Shown here one piece after another: positions 26,810 to 35,580 of a stretch of DNA of 64,000 nt. Each line of letters begins with the position of its first letter. The stretch's first letter is position 1. Under the pieces are notes generated by a model that was given only the letters and a program-made list of their open reading frames with translations, did no database searches and was not told the DNA's origin. This stretch comes from an uncultured Elusimicrobia bacterium (GTDB lineage Bacteria > Elusimicrobiota > Elusimicrobia > Elusimicrobiales > UBA9959), in contig CAIPTO010000106.1 of the NCBI GenBank assembly GCA_903867985.1, positions 30,373 through 94,372 of the forward strand, given 5' to 3'. A program made the translations under genes and the position numbers.

Positions 26810-28666
26810 ATGAGAAATACGACTCTTTTCCTGGCGATAATTTTCAGCTTTTCGTCCGTTTCTTATGCCGGCTTAAGCATAGGGCTGCCTGGCGCAATAA
26901 AAAAACAGGTGCGCAGACTGGATAAAAAAGTGCTGTCTGCCCTAAAAAGGAACGGCGCGCCAACGTCCTTGTCCGCCCAGGCAGGCAATGCCGCGGCTGA
27001 AATAACATGGACATCCGTGTCAGGCGCCTCCTCGTATAATTTGTATTGGGGCAACACTCCGCAGCAGGCAACGGGGACCGGGAACAAGGCGTCCCTGGTA
27101 ACCAGTCCATACTATCTGACGGGGTTGGCGAACGAAGTGACTTATTATTTTGCAATTTCTTCGGTGGCGGACGATGTGGAATCAAATCTCACACCAGTCG
27201 CACATATGAGCCCTTCGTTTTTGCTGCCATTGCGGCCCGAAGGCGTTGCCGGCGTCAGCGGAATCGGGGAAGTTACCCTGATCTGGAATTCAGTTCCGGG
27301 GGCCGCCTTTTACAATATATACTGGGGCGCCGCGTCAGGGGTGACAAGCGCGTCAACGAAAATCAGCAGCGCAAGCGCCCCTTACGCGCACACCGTATCG
27401 GCATACGGGCAGACATATTATTACAGGGTATCCGCCCTGAACGCCGCGGGCGAGTCGCTTTTGAGCGCGGAGACGCGCGGCCGGTCAATAGGCGTTAACG
27501 ACTTGAACTGGTCTGACAAAAACCGGCGTATTTTAAACCAGTTGGTAACAGATTATGGCTTTGGCGGGCAGCATTATAGTATCGAAAAACCCCCGTATGC
27601 CGTTCTTGACTGGGATCAGACATGCGCCTATTTAGACGTGGAAGAAGCCATGATGCGGTATCAGTTGTTTCATCTTGTATACAAACTTACAAAAGATGAG
27701 TTCAGGGATTTGCTGAAAGACAGCATCAACGGAATAACCCAATTATCGCAAGGCTATCAAAATGTGCGGCTTACCGATATCAATCGGGATCTTATAGCTG
27801 ACTATGATTTTCTATATGATAATTTCTCCGGATTTAACGGCGCGATGACTATTGAAGAAATACGGGAGACGCTTCAGTATAAGGATTTTATCGCAAAGAT
27901 CCCCTTTTTATATGCCGGATATTGCGAAACGCCTGGAATCGGAGCCGACTACGGCTATCCCTGGGTCCTTTATCTGTTCGAGGGGTTTACGACAGATGAA
28001 GTAAAAGTCCTGGCCAGAGAAGTCATCGCATACGAACTCGGCAACAGTATCAGCGAACAAACACTGCAGTCGCCCGCGAACTTGCCCACTAACGCCGGAG
28101 CTGTCAGCTATTCCTATAAAACAGGATTACGCGTTTTCCCGGAGATGCAAAAACTTATTTCCACGTTTAAAACCCATGGGATCGACGTTTTTATCGTGTC
28201 GGCGAGCTATAAACCCGTAGTTGAGGCGTTTTCCGGGATAGGCGCCTACGGGTATAATATATCAGCCGAAAAGATAGTCGCGATGGAGCTGGCTACCGGA
28301 AGCGATGGCAAAATTCTTCCCGGGTATAAAGCGGGATGGGTTAAAACATTCAGGCAGGGAAAGGTTGACGCTGTTAATATGGCAATCAAGACGGGACTTG
28401 GCAAAAACTGGGATCCATTATTTTCCGCCGGAGACAGTGACGGAGATTATGAAATGTTGACAGGCTTTCCGGATATGAAGTTATCATTGGTCTGGAACCG
28501 GGTAAAAGGCGGGGATATTGGGAAACTTTGCAGACTGGCTGTAGATGAGGCCTCCGGCGTTACGCCGAGATATATTCTTCAGGGGCGTAATGAAAACACC
28601 GGCGCGGTCATCCCGTCCATGGAATCTATTCTTTTCGGAAAGACCGAACCGCAGCTGCTGTATTGA
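26810..28666 (+). CDS. Secreted protein: two FN3-like domains plus a HAD-superfamily (subfamily IB-like) hydrolase domain
   Basis: It has a signal peptide and two units of the type AEITWTSVSGASSYNLYWG...YYFAISS / VTLIWNSVPGAAFYNIYWG...YYYRVSA. HAD motif I is DWDQT (DxDxT) and the C-terminal motif is GDSDGDYEML. Confidence 0.55.
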   Translation: MRNTTLFLAIIFSFSSVSYAGLSIGLPGAIKKQVRRLDKKVLSALKRNGAPTSLSAQAGNAAAEITWTSVSGASSYNLYWGNTPQQATGTGNKASLVTSPYYLTGLANEVTYYFAISSVADDVESNLTPVAHMSPSFLLPLRPEGVAGVSGIGEVTLIWNSVPGAAFYNIYWGAASGVTSASTKISSASAPYAHTVSAYGQTYYYRVSALNAAGESLLSAETRGRSIGVNDLNWSDKNRRILNQLVTDYGFGGQHYSIEKPPYAVLDWDQTCAYLDVEEAMMRYQLFHLVYKLTKDEFRDLLKDSINGITQLSQGYQNVRLTDINRDLIADYDFLYDNFSGFNGAMTIEEIRETLQYKDFIAKIPFLYAGYCETPGIGADYGYPWVLYLFEGFTTDEVKVLAREVIAYELGNSISEQTLQSPANLPTNAGAVSYSYKTGLRVFPEMQKLISTFKTHGIDVFIVSASYKPVVEAFSGIGAYGYNISAEKIVAMELATGSDGKILPGYKAGWVKTFRQGKVDAVNMAIKTGLGKNWDPLFSAGDSDGDYEMLTGFPDMKLSLVWNRVKGGDIGKLCRLAVDEASGVTPRYILQGRNENTGAVIPSMESILFGKTEPQLLY

Positions 28667-28726
28667 AATCAGCTTTAATATTCCCCTAGGTAAATTCCGG
28701 ATAAACTTTCCACTAAAGTAGGGTAG

Positions 28727-28757
28727 AAATCATGAAAACAGGCGTTTTGATTTTATT
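28727..28757 (+). terminator. Hairpin plus T-tract between the convergent FN3-HAD gene and the mini-pilin gene
   Basis: AAATCA-tg-AAAAC aggc GTTTTGATTT is followed by TATT. It lies 60 nt after the stop at 28666. Confidence 0.5.
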
Positions 28758-28769
28758 GCCTAAGCATGG

Positions 28770-28955
28770 TTACCGGGTGGGGGACCCAAGAGTTTGGGCC
28801 GCGTTGCCAATAAGAGCCTGTATCTGTGAAAATAGCTGGGGGATGTATCTCTTTAGGGCCATTCCGGCAATTAGCACTACTCCCGTTGTGACGGCCAACA
28901 TTAGCAGATATTCAACCGTGTTTTGGCCTTTCCGGCACTTAAATATTTTATTCAT
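28770..28955 (-). CDS. Small Flp-like / class III signal peptide pilin-like protein
   Basis: 61 aa. MNKIFKCRKG/QNTVEYLLMLAVTTGVVLIAG matches the G-xxxxEY Flp/class III signal pattern. AAGGAA lies 7 nt upstream of the ATG. The gene starts 40 nt downstream of the lptB stop on the same strand. Confidence 0.5.
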   Translation of the reverse strand: MNKIFKCRKGQNTVEYLLMLAVTTGVVLIAGMALKRYIPQLFSQIQALIGNAAQTLGSPTR

Positions 28956-28995
28956 TTATAGTTTCCTTACCGATGTGATAAGCCGGAAACCGGCA

Positions 28996-29715
28996 TTACA
29001 TTTTAAAATCCCAGCCAAGGTAGAATTCCCGCGCTTTGGGGTCGTTCAACAGCACTTCCGCCGTTCCTTCTATCAATATCCGGCCCTCGTATATGAGGTA
29101 AGAACGATCCGTTATTGAAAGGGTTTCCCGGACATTATGGTCCGTTATCAACACGCCGATACCCTTGTCCTTAAGGTGCCGTATAATATTTTTCAACTCG
29201 CTCACCGTTATCGGGTCTATTCCGACAAAAGGTTCATCCAGCAGTATTATCCTCGGTTCGTTTATCATGACCCTGGCTACTTCCAGCCTACGCTTTTCTC
29301 CGCCGGAAAGCGTCCAGGCTTTTTGTTTTTTCAGCTTCATCAGGCCAAATTCAGTTAAAAGGGAATCTACGCGGCTGGTGAGCGCGGCTTTATCGCTGGT
29401 GGTCCGTTCAAGTATCGCCACTAGGTTATCCTCGACGGTGAGGCCGCGAAACACCGTGGGTTCCTGCGCCAGATAACCGATGCCGCCCCTGGCCCGCAGA
29501 TACATCGGCATACCGGAGACATCCTTCCCGTCAATGAAAACTTTCCCTGAATCGGGCTCAAGAAAGCCGACCAGCATGTGAAAAGTCGTGGTCTTTCCGG
29601 CCCCGTTCGGGCCCAGCAGGCCGCAGACTTCCCCGGATTTTATGTCCAGACTTATCCCGTTCACGACTTGCCTGCGGTTAAAGCTTTTTTCCAGCAGTTC
29701 GGATTTGAGTCTCAT
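28996..29715 (-). CDS. lptB: LPS export ABC transporter ATP-binding protein
   Basis: GLLGPNGAGKTT, LSGGEKRRLEVAR, ILLDEPFVGIDP and the C-terminal LptB-style tail are present. It follows lptC-lptA. The start at 29715 is preferred (purine-rich, weakly SD-like GGGGAA upstream); the alternative is 29748. Confidence 0.9.
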   Translation of the reverse strand: MRLKSELLEKSFNRRQVVNGISLDIKSGEVCGLLGPNGAGKTTTFHMLVGFLEPDSGKVFIDGKDVSGMPMYLRARGGIGYLAQEPTVFRGLTVEDNLVAILERTTSDKAALTSRVDSLLTEFGLMKLKKQKAWTLSGGEKRRLEVARVMINEPRIILLDEPFVGIDPITVSELKNIIRHLKDKGIGVLITDHNVRETLSITDRSYLIYEGRILIEGTAEVLLNDPKAREFYLGWDFKM

Positions 29716-29794
29716 GATATTCCCCATTCCAGGTTCAATGTTGAACATTTAAGGCCGGATATTTGCGAAAACCCTGCGTCAGATATCGCCCTCT

Positions 29795-30475
29795 TCAGTT
29801 CCCGCGCGGCTTTTCCCCTGATTTTACCCAGCCGGCGACATTGTTGTAGAGTTTTACGTCTCCGGTATCCTTAAAATATTTCATCTTTTCGCCGGTCATG
29901 GCAAAGTCGCGTCCATCCCTGATGCCAACCGCCACCGGCGTGGATCCGTAGATCAGAAAAGATCGTTCAGCGTCGCTGTAGAATCCGTTGGCCGAGAAAA
30001 TCTCCATATTTTCCGTTTGCAGATAGAAATTCCCGAGAAAATCCATAACGGCCTTTGTGTTGTCGGAGTTGATGCGGTCGCAGCGCCCCCTCAGGATCTT
30101 CCCATCGGGAGAAAGATATTTCATCTTTATCAATTCCGTGCCCCGGAAAAGTTCAGCCTGTTCAAAGTTTTCGCGATATGTTCCGTTATCGCAGTAAAGC
30201 TCGATATTGGACCCGTCCAGAAATTTGCGCAGACAGTAGACGGAGCCTTTGACGGTCCAGGTCCGGGGCTTGCGGTCGTATACTGCGTGGTCAGCCTTAA
30301 GGTTATATGCCGCGTTACGGAAAGATACGGCCCCTTCGAATATTTCCCGGTCATTGGCGCGATCCATCGTCCATTTGTCGCTTTTTACCACCGATCCTCT
30401 CATGAAATCATCCCTCTGGCCCGCCGAAAGGGGGGTGATGATTGCCAGCATAGCCGAAAAGATGAACCTGCTCAT
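29795..30475 (-). CDS. lptA: OstA-like periplasmic LPS transport protein (LptA-like)
   Basis: It has a signal peptide, an all-beta OstA_N-like repeat pattern and a position between lptC and lptB. Confidence 0.6.
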   Translation of the reverse strand: MSRFIFSAMLAIITPLSAGQRDDFMRGSVVKSDKWTMDRANDREIFEGAVSFRNAAYNLKADHAVYDRKPRTWTVKGSVYCLRKFLDGSNIELYCDNGTYRENFEQAELFRGTELIKMKYLSPDGKILRGRCDRINSDNTKAVMDFLGNFYLQTENMEIFSANGFYSDAERSFLIYGSTPVAVGIRDGRDFAMTGEKMKYFKDTGDVKLYNNVAGWVKSGEKPRGN

Positions 30476-30969
30476 TTCCCTCCCAGCGTGGTGGTTTCCT
30501 GTTGTGTTATCGCTATCTCGGACAGATCCGGGTTCGCGGTAAATCCGCGTCCCTGAGTGACGGTGTTGCCTTTAAATATAGTTACCGCATCGTCGGTCCA
30601 TATTTTATTCTTTTCGGAACTAAAAAAAAGTCTCGTGGTCAGCAGCAACATGCCGTCGGTATTTGACTCCACCCGTACATTCTTCTCAAGCTGGGCGTCC
30701 TTTTTGATCATATTCAGAAACCCGGTTTCAGATTTGAGTTTTGAGGTGAGCTTATTATCTTTAAATAAATCCATTTTCGGACTATAAAAATATATCCTGG
30801 TTTCGCCTTCTTCAAAACGCGCCGTCTTAGAAACCAGGGTCCATTGCAGCTGATTGTCATTCACCTGAGAAAATCTCACGCCGGTCATTAAGCTCGCTCC
30901 CTCCCTAACGGTCGGAACGCCTGAGGGCGCTTGTGAGCAGGCCGTGAGAACCATATGCAGTATCAGCAC
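30472..30969 (-). CDS. lptC: LptC-like LPS export component
   Basis: It has a short N-terminal anchor (MLILHMVLTAC), a beta-jellyroll-like sequence and a 4-nt overlap with lptA. It has a GTG start. Confidence 0.55.
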   Translation of the reverse strand: MLILHMVLTACSQAPSGVPTVREGASLMTGVRFSQVNDNQLQWTLVSKTARFEEGETRIYFYSPKMDLFKDNKLTSKLKSETGFLNMIKKDAQLEKNVRVESNTDGMLLLTTRLFFSSEKNKIWTDDAVTIFKGNTVTQGRGFTANPDLSEIAITQQETTTLGGK

Positions 30970-30983
30970 TGATATTAAAAGCT

Positions 30984-32015
30984 TCAGATGAGGCCCTCTT
31001 TTAAAAGATCTTTTTCATCTATGATCCCGACAGGACGCAAGGTCTTGCGGTCTATGACCGGCATGTTATCTATTTTCCTGGCCGAGATCAGTCTGGCGGC
31101 GTCTATTGCCATAGTGTGGGGGTAAACGCAAATCGGCTTAATGGTCATAAGCTCGTCTATCGGTGATGAAAGGGCGGCTTTGCCGCGCTCGAGGCTCCTG
31201 CGGAGGTCTCCGTCGGTAAAATAACCGGCGAGACGCCCCCGCTTGTCGATGACAGATACGGCGCCGGTTTTGGTGCCGGTCATTACGGTCAGAGCGGCTT
31301 TAAGTGTTGAACCGGAGCGAACGACGGGGTTTTCGCGGCCCTTATGCATCAGATCGGATACGCGCAGATTTAAAAGCTTCCCCAGATTTCCGCCGGGATG
31401 CAACCTGGCAAAATTAGAGTCGTCAAATCCTTTCACGCGCATCAATGTAACAGCCATGGCGTCGCCCACCGCCAGCATGGCCGCAGTGGAAGAGGTTGGT
31501 ACTATATTGTACGGGCAGGCTTCATTCCGGATATTGAGCCGGAGAACGATGTCCGAATATCGCGCGAGTTTGGAATCCGGATTATTGGTCAGGGAAATTA
31601 TTTTCAGGCCCTCTTTTGCCAGCAGGGGGAGGAGCCTGGTCGTCTCTTCCGTTTCGCCGGAGTAGGAGAGCGCCAGAATGATGTCCTCTTTGGCGATCAA
31701 GCCCATGTCTCCGTGCAGGGATTCTACCGGGTGAATATATACGCTGGGTGTGCCGGTGGATGAAAGCGTGGACGCGATCTTCCTGGCGATAATGCCGGAT
31801 TTACCTACGCCGAGCACCACCACCTTCCCCCGTGCAGCCAGAAGCAGGCGGGCGGCGCAGACAAAGTCTTTGCCGATGCCGGCCGCGACAAGCCTGAGCG
31901 CTCCCGCCTCCTGCGTCACTACCGACCGGGCGGCCTTAAGGAGAAACGCGTCCGTAGGTTTGCGCGGTCTCATCGTGCGGATACTCGCCCGTCCGGATAA
32001 AAAAGACGGGGTCAT
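30984..32015 (-). CDS. kdsD: Arabinose-5-phosphate isomerase (SIS + tandem CBS; KdsD/KpsF)
   Basis: The SIS motif is VVVLGVGKSGIIARKIASTLSSTGTPS, and two CBS domains follow. The ATG at 32015 overlaps the upstream ORF stop by 4 nt. The longer track ORF to 32219 is rejected. Confidence 0.85.
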   Translation of the reverse strand: MTPSFLSGRASIRTMRPRKPTDAFLLKAARSVVTQEAGALRLVAAGIGKDFVCAARLLLAARGKVVVLGVGKSGIIARKIASTLSSTGTPSVYIHPVESLHGDMGLIAKEDIILALSYSGETEETTRLLPLLAKEGLKIISLTNNPDSKLARYSDIVLRLNIRNEACPYNIVPTSSTAAMLAVGDAMAVTLMRVKGFDDSNFARLHPGGNLGKLLNLRVSDLMHKGRENPVVRSGSTLKAALTVMTGTKTGAVSVIDKRGRLAGYFTDGDLRRSLERGKAALSSPIDELMTIKPICVYPHTMAIDAARLISARKIDNMPVIDRKTLRPVGIIDEKDLLKEGLI

Positions 32016-32275
32016 GGCGCGGGAACCTTGTGCGGGTTCAGCCAGGGTGTCATCTCGGACGGAATCTTGCGCTGGTTGTATGGGGGCGGCAGTTTGTGGA
32101 GAAGCCAGCTTACAGTAAAAAAGAGCACGGTGACCGAGATATATATCCAGGAAAGGGTTTTTAAATGCCATTTCCAGTCCGGGAACCATACCGGCGGTAA
32201 AGTGAGGTCCCGGCCGCATTTTTTGCAGAGTTTAAGCGTGATCTTGTTTTCCTGTCCGCAGTTTAAGCATTTCAT
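32012..32275 (-). CDS. Small zinc-ribbon membrane protein of unknown function
   Basis: MKCLNCGQENKITLKLCKKCGRDL is a CxxC...CxxC motif and is followed by one TM helix (LSWIYISVTVLFFTVSWLL). AGGA lies 7 nt upstream. The gene sits 9 nt after the kdsA stop and overlaps the kdsD start by 4 nt. Confidence 0.5.
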   Translation of the reverse strand: MKCLNCGQENKITLKLCKKCGRDLTLPPVWFPDWKWHLKTLSWIYISVTVLFFTVSWLLHKLPPPYNQRKIPSEMTPWLNPHKVPAP

Positions 32276-32284
32276 ATTCTTGTC

Positions 32285-33139
32285 CTAAAGGCTCCGTAGC
32301 GCTTTGTTGTTTGCAAGTTTCATGGCCAGTCCATCTATCTGGTTCAGCATATCCACGGCATCCGGAATCCTACGGAGTTGAAGGGAATTGGGTCCGTCGG
32401 AAAATGCTTTAGCCGGATCGGGATGGGCCTCAAAAAATATACCGGCTATCTTAAGCGCCGCGGCCGCCCTGGCCAGCGGTAGAGCAAATTTCACGTCGCC
32501 GCCGGTGCTTTTACCCAGGGCGCCCGGCTTCTGCACTGAATGGGTGCAATCGAAGATTACCGGGTAGCCGAAATTTTTCATGATCTCCATGCCGCGCATG
32601 TCCACTACAAGATTATTGTATCCGAACGAGGAACCGCGCTCGGTCAGAAGTATCCGCTTATTGCCGCGTGATTCTATCTTTGAAATAATGTTGCCCATAT
32701 CCCAGGGAGCCAGAAATTGTCCTTTCTTGACATTTACGGCGCACCCGGTGTCGGCGCAGGCGAAGAGAAGGTCTGTTTGCCGGCACAGAAAGGCCGGAAT
32801 CTGCAGGATATCCGCAACTTCCGCCACGCGGGCAGCCTGCGATGGTTCGTGTACGTCTATCAGCACTGGTACATCAAGGCGGTTTTTCAGGTCTTTTAGA
32901 AAATCAAGAGCGGTTTCCATCGGAATGCCGCGGAAAGAAGAATGAGATGTGCGGTTGGCTTTATCGAACGAGGCTTTGAGTACAAAAGAGGTGCCGAGTT
33001 TTTCAAACATCCCCTTCATTTTTACGGCTTGAGCGGCGTAAGTCTTCACGGATTCAATTACGCAGGGGCCGGCTATATAAACAATGGGCGCGTTATTTGA
33101 GAACACCGCAGTTTTTATTTTTACGCTGGTCTGCGTCAT
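32285..33139 (-). CDS. kdsA: 2-dehydro-3-deoxyphosphooctonate aldolase (KDO-8-P synthase)
   Basis: The KdsA pattern runs the full length (IAGPCVIES, KASFDKANRTS, DVHE, LQIPAFLCRQTDL, TERG, DCTHSVQ). Confidence 0.93.
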   Translation of the reverse strand: MTQTSVKIKTAVFSNNAPIVYIAGPCVIESVKTYAAQAVKMKGMFEKLGTSFVLKASFDKANRTSHSSFRGIPMETALDFLKDLKNRLDVPVLIDVHEPSQAARVAEVADILQIPAFLCRQTDLLFACADTGCAVNVKKGQFLAPWDMGNIISKIESRGNKRILLTERGSSFGYNNLVVDMRGMEIMKNFGYPVIFDCTHSVQKPGALGKSTGGDVKFALPLARAAAALKIAGIFFEAHPDPAKAFSDGPNSLQLRRIPDAVDMLNQIDGLAMKLANNKALRSL

Positions 33140-34755
33140 AGTATGAATGCCTCCCTGGCCGCCGGAGCCCCGTGCTTGAGGGCTGCGGCTACAAATCCCC
33201 GGAAGAGCGGGTGAGGCGTAAGGGGGCGGGATTTAAGCTCAGGATGAAACTGCACGCCCATGAACCACGGGTGGCCTCTCAGCTCCACGATCTCAGGAAG
33301 GCCCTTTTCCCTGTAGAAACCGCTGACCGTCATGCCTTTTTTCTCATATGCTTTGAGGTAGCGGGTATTAAATTCGTAACGATGGCGGTGCCGCTCGGAT
33401 ATGAGCGTTCCGCCGTACATGAGCGCGGCGAGTGACCCTGGTTTAAGCCGGCAGGGATAAGCTCCGAGGCGCATGGTTCCGCCTTTTTCCTTCACGCCTT
33501 TTTGTTCGGCCAGGAGATCAACCACCGGGAACTTCGACTTGGGGGCGAATTCCGTGGAGTTGGCTTTTTTATAGCCCAAGACGTCGCGGGCGAACTCTAT
33601 GACCGCGCATTGCATACCCAGGCAGATGCCCAGGAAAGGAACACCCTTCTCCCTGGCATAGCGCACTACGCTTATCTTGCCTTCTATTCCCCGGTCACCG
33701 AAGCCGCCGGGCACGATTATTCCGGAAGCCTTGGATAGACGCTCCATGCAATCCTTATCTTCTACATCCACAAAATCCAGATCCATGCGGACCCCGTTGG
33801 CGATAGCTCCGTGGTGGATGGCCTCTACAAGTGATTTATAGGAATCTTTAAGTTTGGTGTATTTTCCGGCTATGGCGATGCGCACGCCCTGCGCCTTCTC
33901 CGCGGTTTTCAGTTTTTCCACGAAAGAGTTCCATTCTTCAAAGTCCCATTTCTTGCTCCTCATACGAAGCAGCATCATGATCTGTTCGTCTATCCCCTGT
34001 TTCTTTAAAACATTGGGGACGGCGTAAATTGAGAAGGTGTTTGGCGCCTCTATCACGGCCTCGTCGGGCACGCTGGTAAAAAGAGCTATTTTATTGCGTA
34101 TTTCTTTGCCAAGGGGTTTTTCCGTGCGGCAGACAATAATGTCCGGGTCTATTCCTATCTCGCGCAGCTTGTTGACCGAATGCTGGGTGGGCTTGGTCTT
34201 AAGCTCGTCGCTGGCCGAAAGATATGGAACCAGCGTCACATGTATATATATCACATCGGTTCGCGTCCTGTCGGGCCGCATCTGTCTGGCGGCCTCCAGG
34301 AACGGGAGGCTCTCGATGTCGCCAACGGTGCCGCCGATTTCCACAATGGTGATATCGAATCCCTCTCCGGCCTTATAGAACCTTTTTTTTATCTCGTCGG
34401 TGATATGCGGAATGACTTGGACGGTCTGGCCCAGATAAAGACCTGAACGCTCCTTTGCTATCACGGTCTGATATATCTGCCCGGCAGTCATATTGTTGTC
34501 GCGACGGGTGTCTATCTCGAGAAAACGCTCGTAATAACCCAGATCCAGATCGGTTTCGGCTCCGTCGTCAGTTACAAAGACTTCGCCATGCTGGAATGGA
34601 GCCATGGTTCCCGCGTCCACGTTGATATAGGGATCGCATTTTACAATGTTGACTGACAACCCGTGGGCTTTTAAAAGGCGCCCCACGGAAGCGGCCGTTA
34701 TCCCTTTACCCAGCGAACTAACCACACCGCCGGTCACAAATATATATCTGGTCAT
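33136..34755 (-). CDS. pyrG: CTP synthase
   Basis: MTRYIFVTGGVVSSLGKG is present. The glutamine amidotransferase domain has GICLGMQ and HRHRYEFN. Confidence 0.97.
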   Translation of the reverse strand: MTRYIFVTGGVVSSLGKGITAASVGRLLKAHGLSVNIVKCDPYINVDAGTMAPFQHGEVFVTDDGAETDLDLGYYERFLEIDTRRDNNMTAGQIYQTVIAKERSGLYLGQTVQVIPHITDEIKKRFYKAGEGFDITIVEIGGTVGDIESLPFLEAARQMRPDRTRTDVIYIHVTLVPYLSASDELKTKPTQHSVNKLREIGIDPDIIVCRTEKPLGKEIRNKIALFTSVPDEAVIEAPNTFSIYAVPNVLKKQGIDEQIMMLLRMRSKKWDFEEWNSFVEKLKTAEKAQGVRIAIAGKYTKLKDSYKSLVEAIHHGAIANGVRMDLDFVDVEDKDCMERLSKASGIIVPGGFGDRGIEGKISVVRYAREKGVPFLGICLGMQCAVIEFARDVLGYKKANSTEFAPKSKFPVVDLLAEQKGVKEKGGTMRLGAYPCRLKPGSLAALMYGGTLISERHRHRYEFNTRYLKAYEKKGMTVSGFYREKGLPEIVELRGHPWFMGVQFHPELKSRPLTPHPLFRGFVAAALKHGAPAAREAFIL

Positions 34756-34780
34756 TGGAATGCCCTTATTGCAAGTTCAA

Positions 34781-34848
34781 AGGATTAAATACAGAGGATT
34801 AAGAACTGATCTTTCGCCGACCGCTTAATCCTTACGACTTATCGCTTA
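34781..34848 (-). repeat. Heptad inverted-repeat element, TAAG type, in the kdsB-pyrG spacer
   Basis: On the + strand, CCGCTTA, ATCCTTA, CGACTTA and TCGCTTA lie at 34821-34848 with an exact 7-nt period. The last TTA is the kdsB stop codon. The partner units are AAAGGATTAAATAC and AGAGGATTAAGAAC at 34779-34806. The 9-bp stem is AGGATTAAG/CTTAATCCT. Confidence 0.7.
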
Positions 34849-35580
34849 ATTCCCGTTTTTGATAAACTTTTCGGCCGCCTTCAGGTCCGCCGGCGTATCT
34901 ATGGCCGGTCCCAGAATCTTCACGCTTGCCACGCCTATCGTCATTCCGCATTCAAGAGCGCGGAGCTGTTCCAGCCGCTCCAAAAGTTCAAGCGGGCTCG
35001 GTTTAAGACGCACAAAGCGCTCCAGCGATGAGCGCTTGTATATGTAAAAACCGCAATGCTTATACCACGGAGATTTTTTCAGGCCTGAAAGCGGATGGTG
35101 GAAGGGTATGGGGGAGCGGGAGAAGTAAAGCGCCCGGCCATCCCGATTCATTGCGACTTTGACGCAGTTGGGGTTGGCTATATCAGTTTTGTCCATTATT
35201 GGCGCGCAGGCGGTTCCGATGTCGAAACCCGCGCGCATTTGCTTAAAAGCCGCCAGCAGCGTTTCTGCGCGCATGAACGGCTCATCGCCCTGGAAATTGA
35301 TTATAAATTTCTTTTTGGAGCCTTTGGACGCCTCGTAAACGCGGTCCGTGCCGGAAACGCATCTGGCACTGGTCATAACGGCATCGGCGCCGATGCTTTT
35401 CGCGAATTCCAGCACTCGCCTGTCCTCGGTAGCGATGAGTACCGGACCAAGGCCCGATTTGACCGCGGCTTCGTGGCACCACTGAAGCACGGCCTTGCCG
35501 CGGATCTTCGCCAGAACTTTGCCGGGAAAGCGCTGCGAATTATAGCGGGCTGGAATGACTATTAAACAGTTTTTGTCCAT
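34846..35580 (-). CDS. kdsB: 3-deoxy-manno-octulosonate cytidylyltransferase (CMP-KDO synthetase)
   Basis: VIPARYNSQRFPGK and NFQGDEP motifs. Confidence 0.9.
   Translation of the reverse strand: MDKNCLIVIPARYNSQRFPGKVLAKIRGKAVLQWCHEAAVKSGLGPVLIATEDRRVLEFAKSIGADAVMTSARCVSGTDRVYEASKGSKKKFIINFQGDEPFMRAETLLAAFKQMRAGFDIGTACAPIMDKTDIANPNCVKVAMNRDGRALYFSRSPIPFHHPLSGLKKSPWYKHCGFYIYKRSSLERFVRLKPSPLELLERLEQLRALECGMTIGVASVKILGPAIDTPADLKAAEKFIKNGN

Noticed and set aside
32016-32219. N-terminal extension of kdsD (track ORF 30984-32219). Similar extensions occur at 14609-14758 (pilin), 52414-52518 (DUF374), 60948-60995 (ruvA), 55699-55740 (yajC), 16811-16861 and 4900-4953
   Set aside because: The extensions overlap upstream genes or lack an RBS. 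Internal ATGs with GGAG-type sites and 4-8 nt coupling overlaps give N-termini that match the family patterns.
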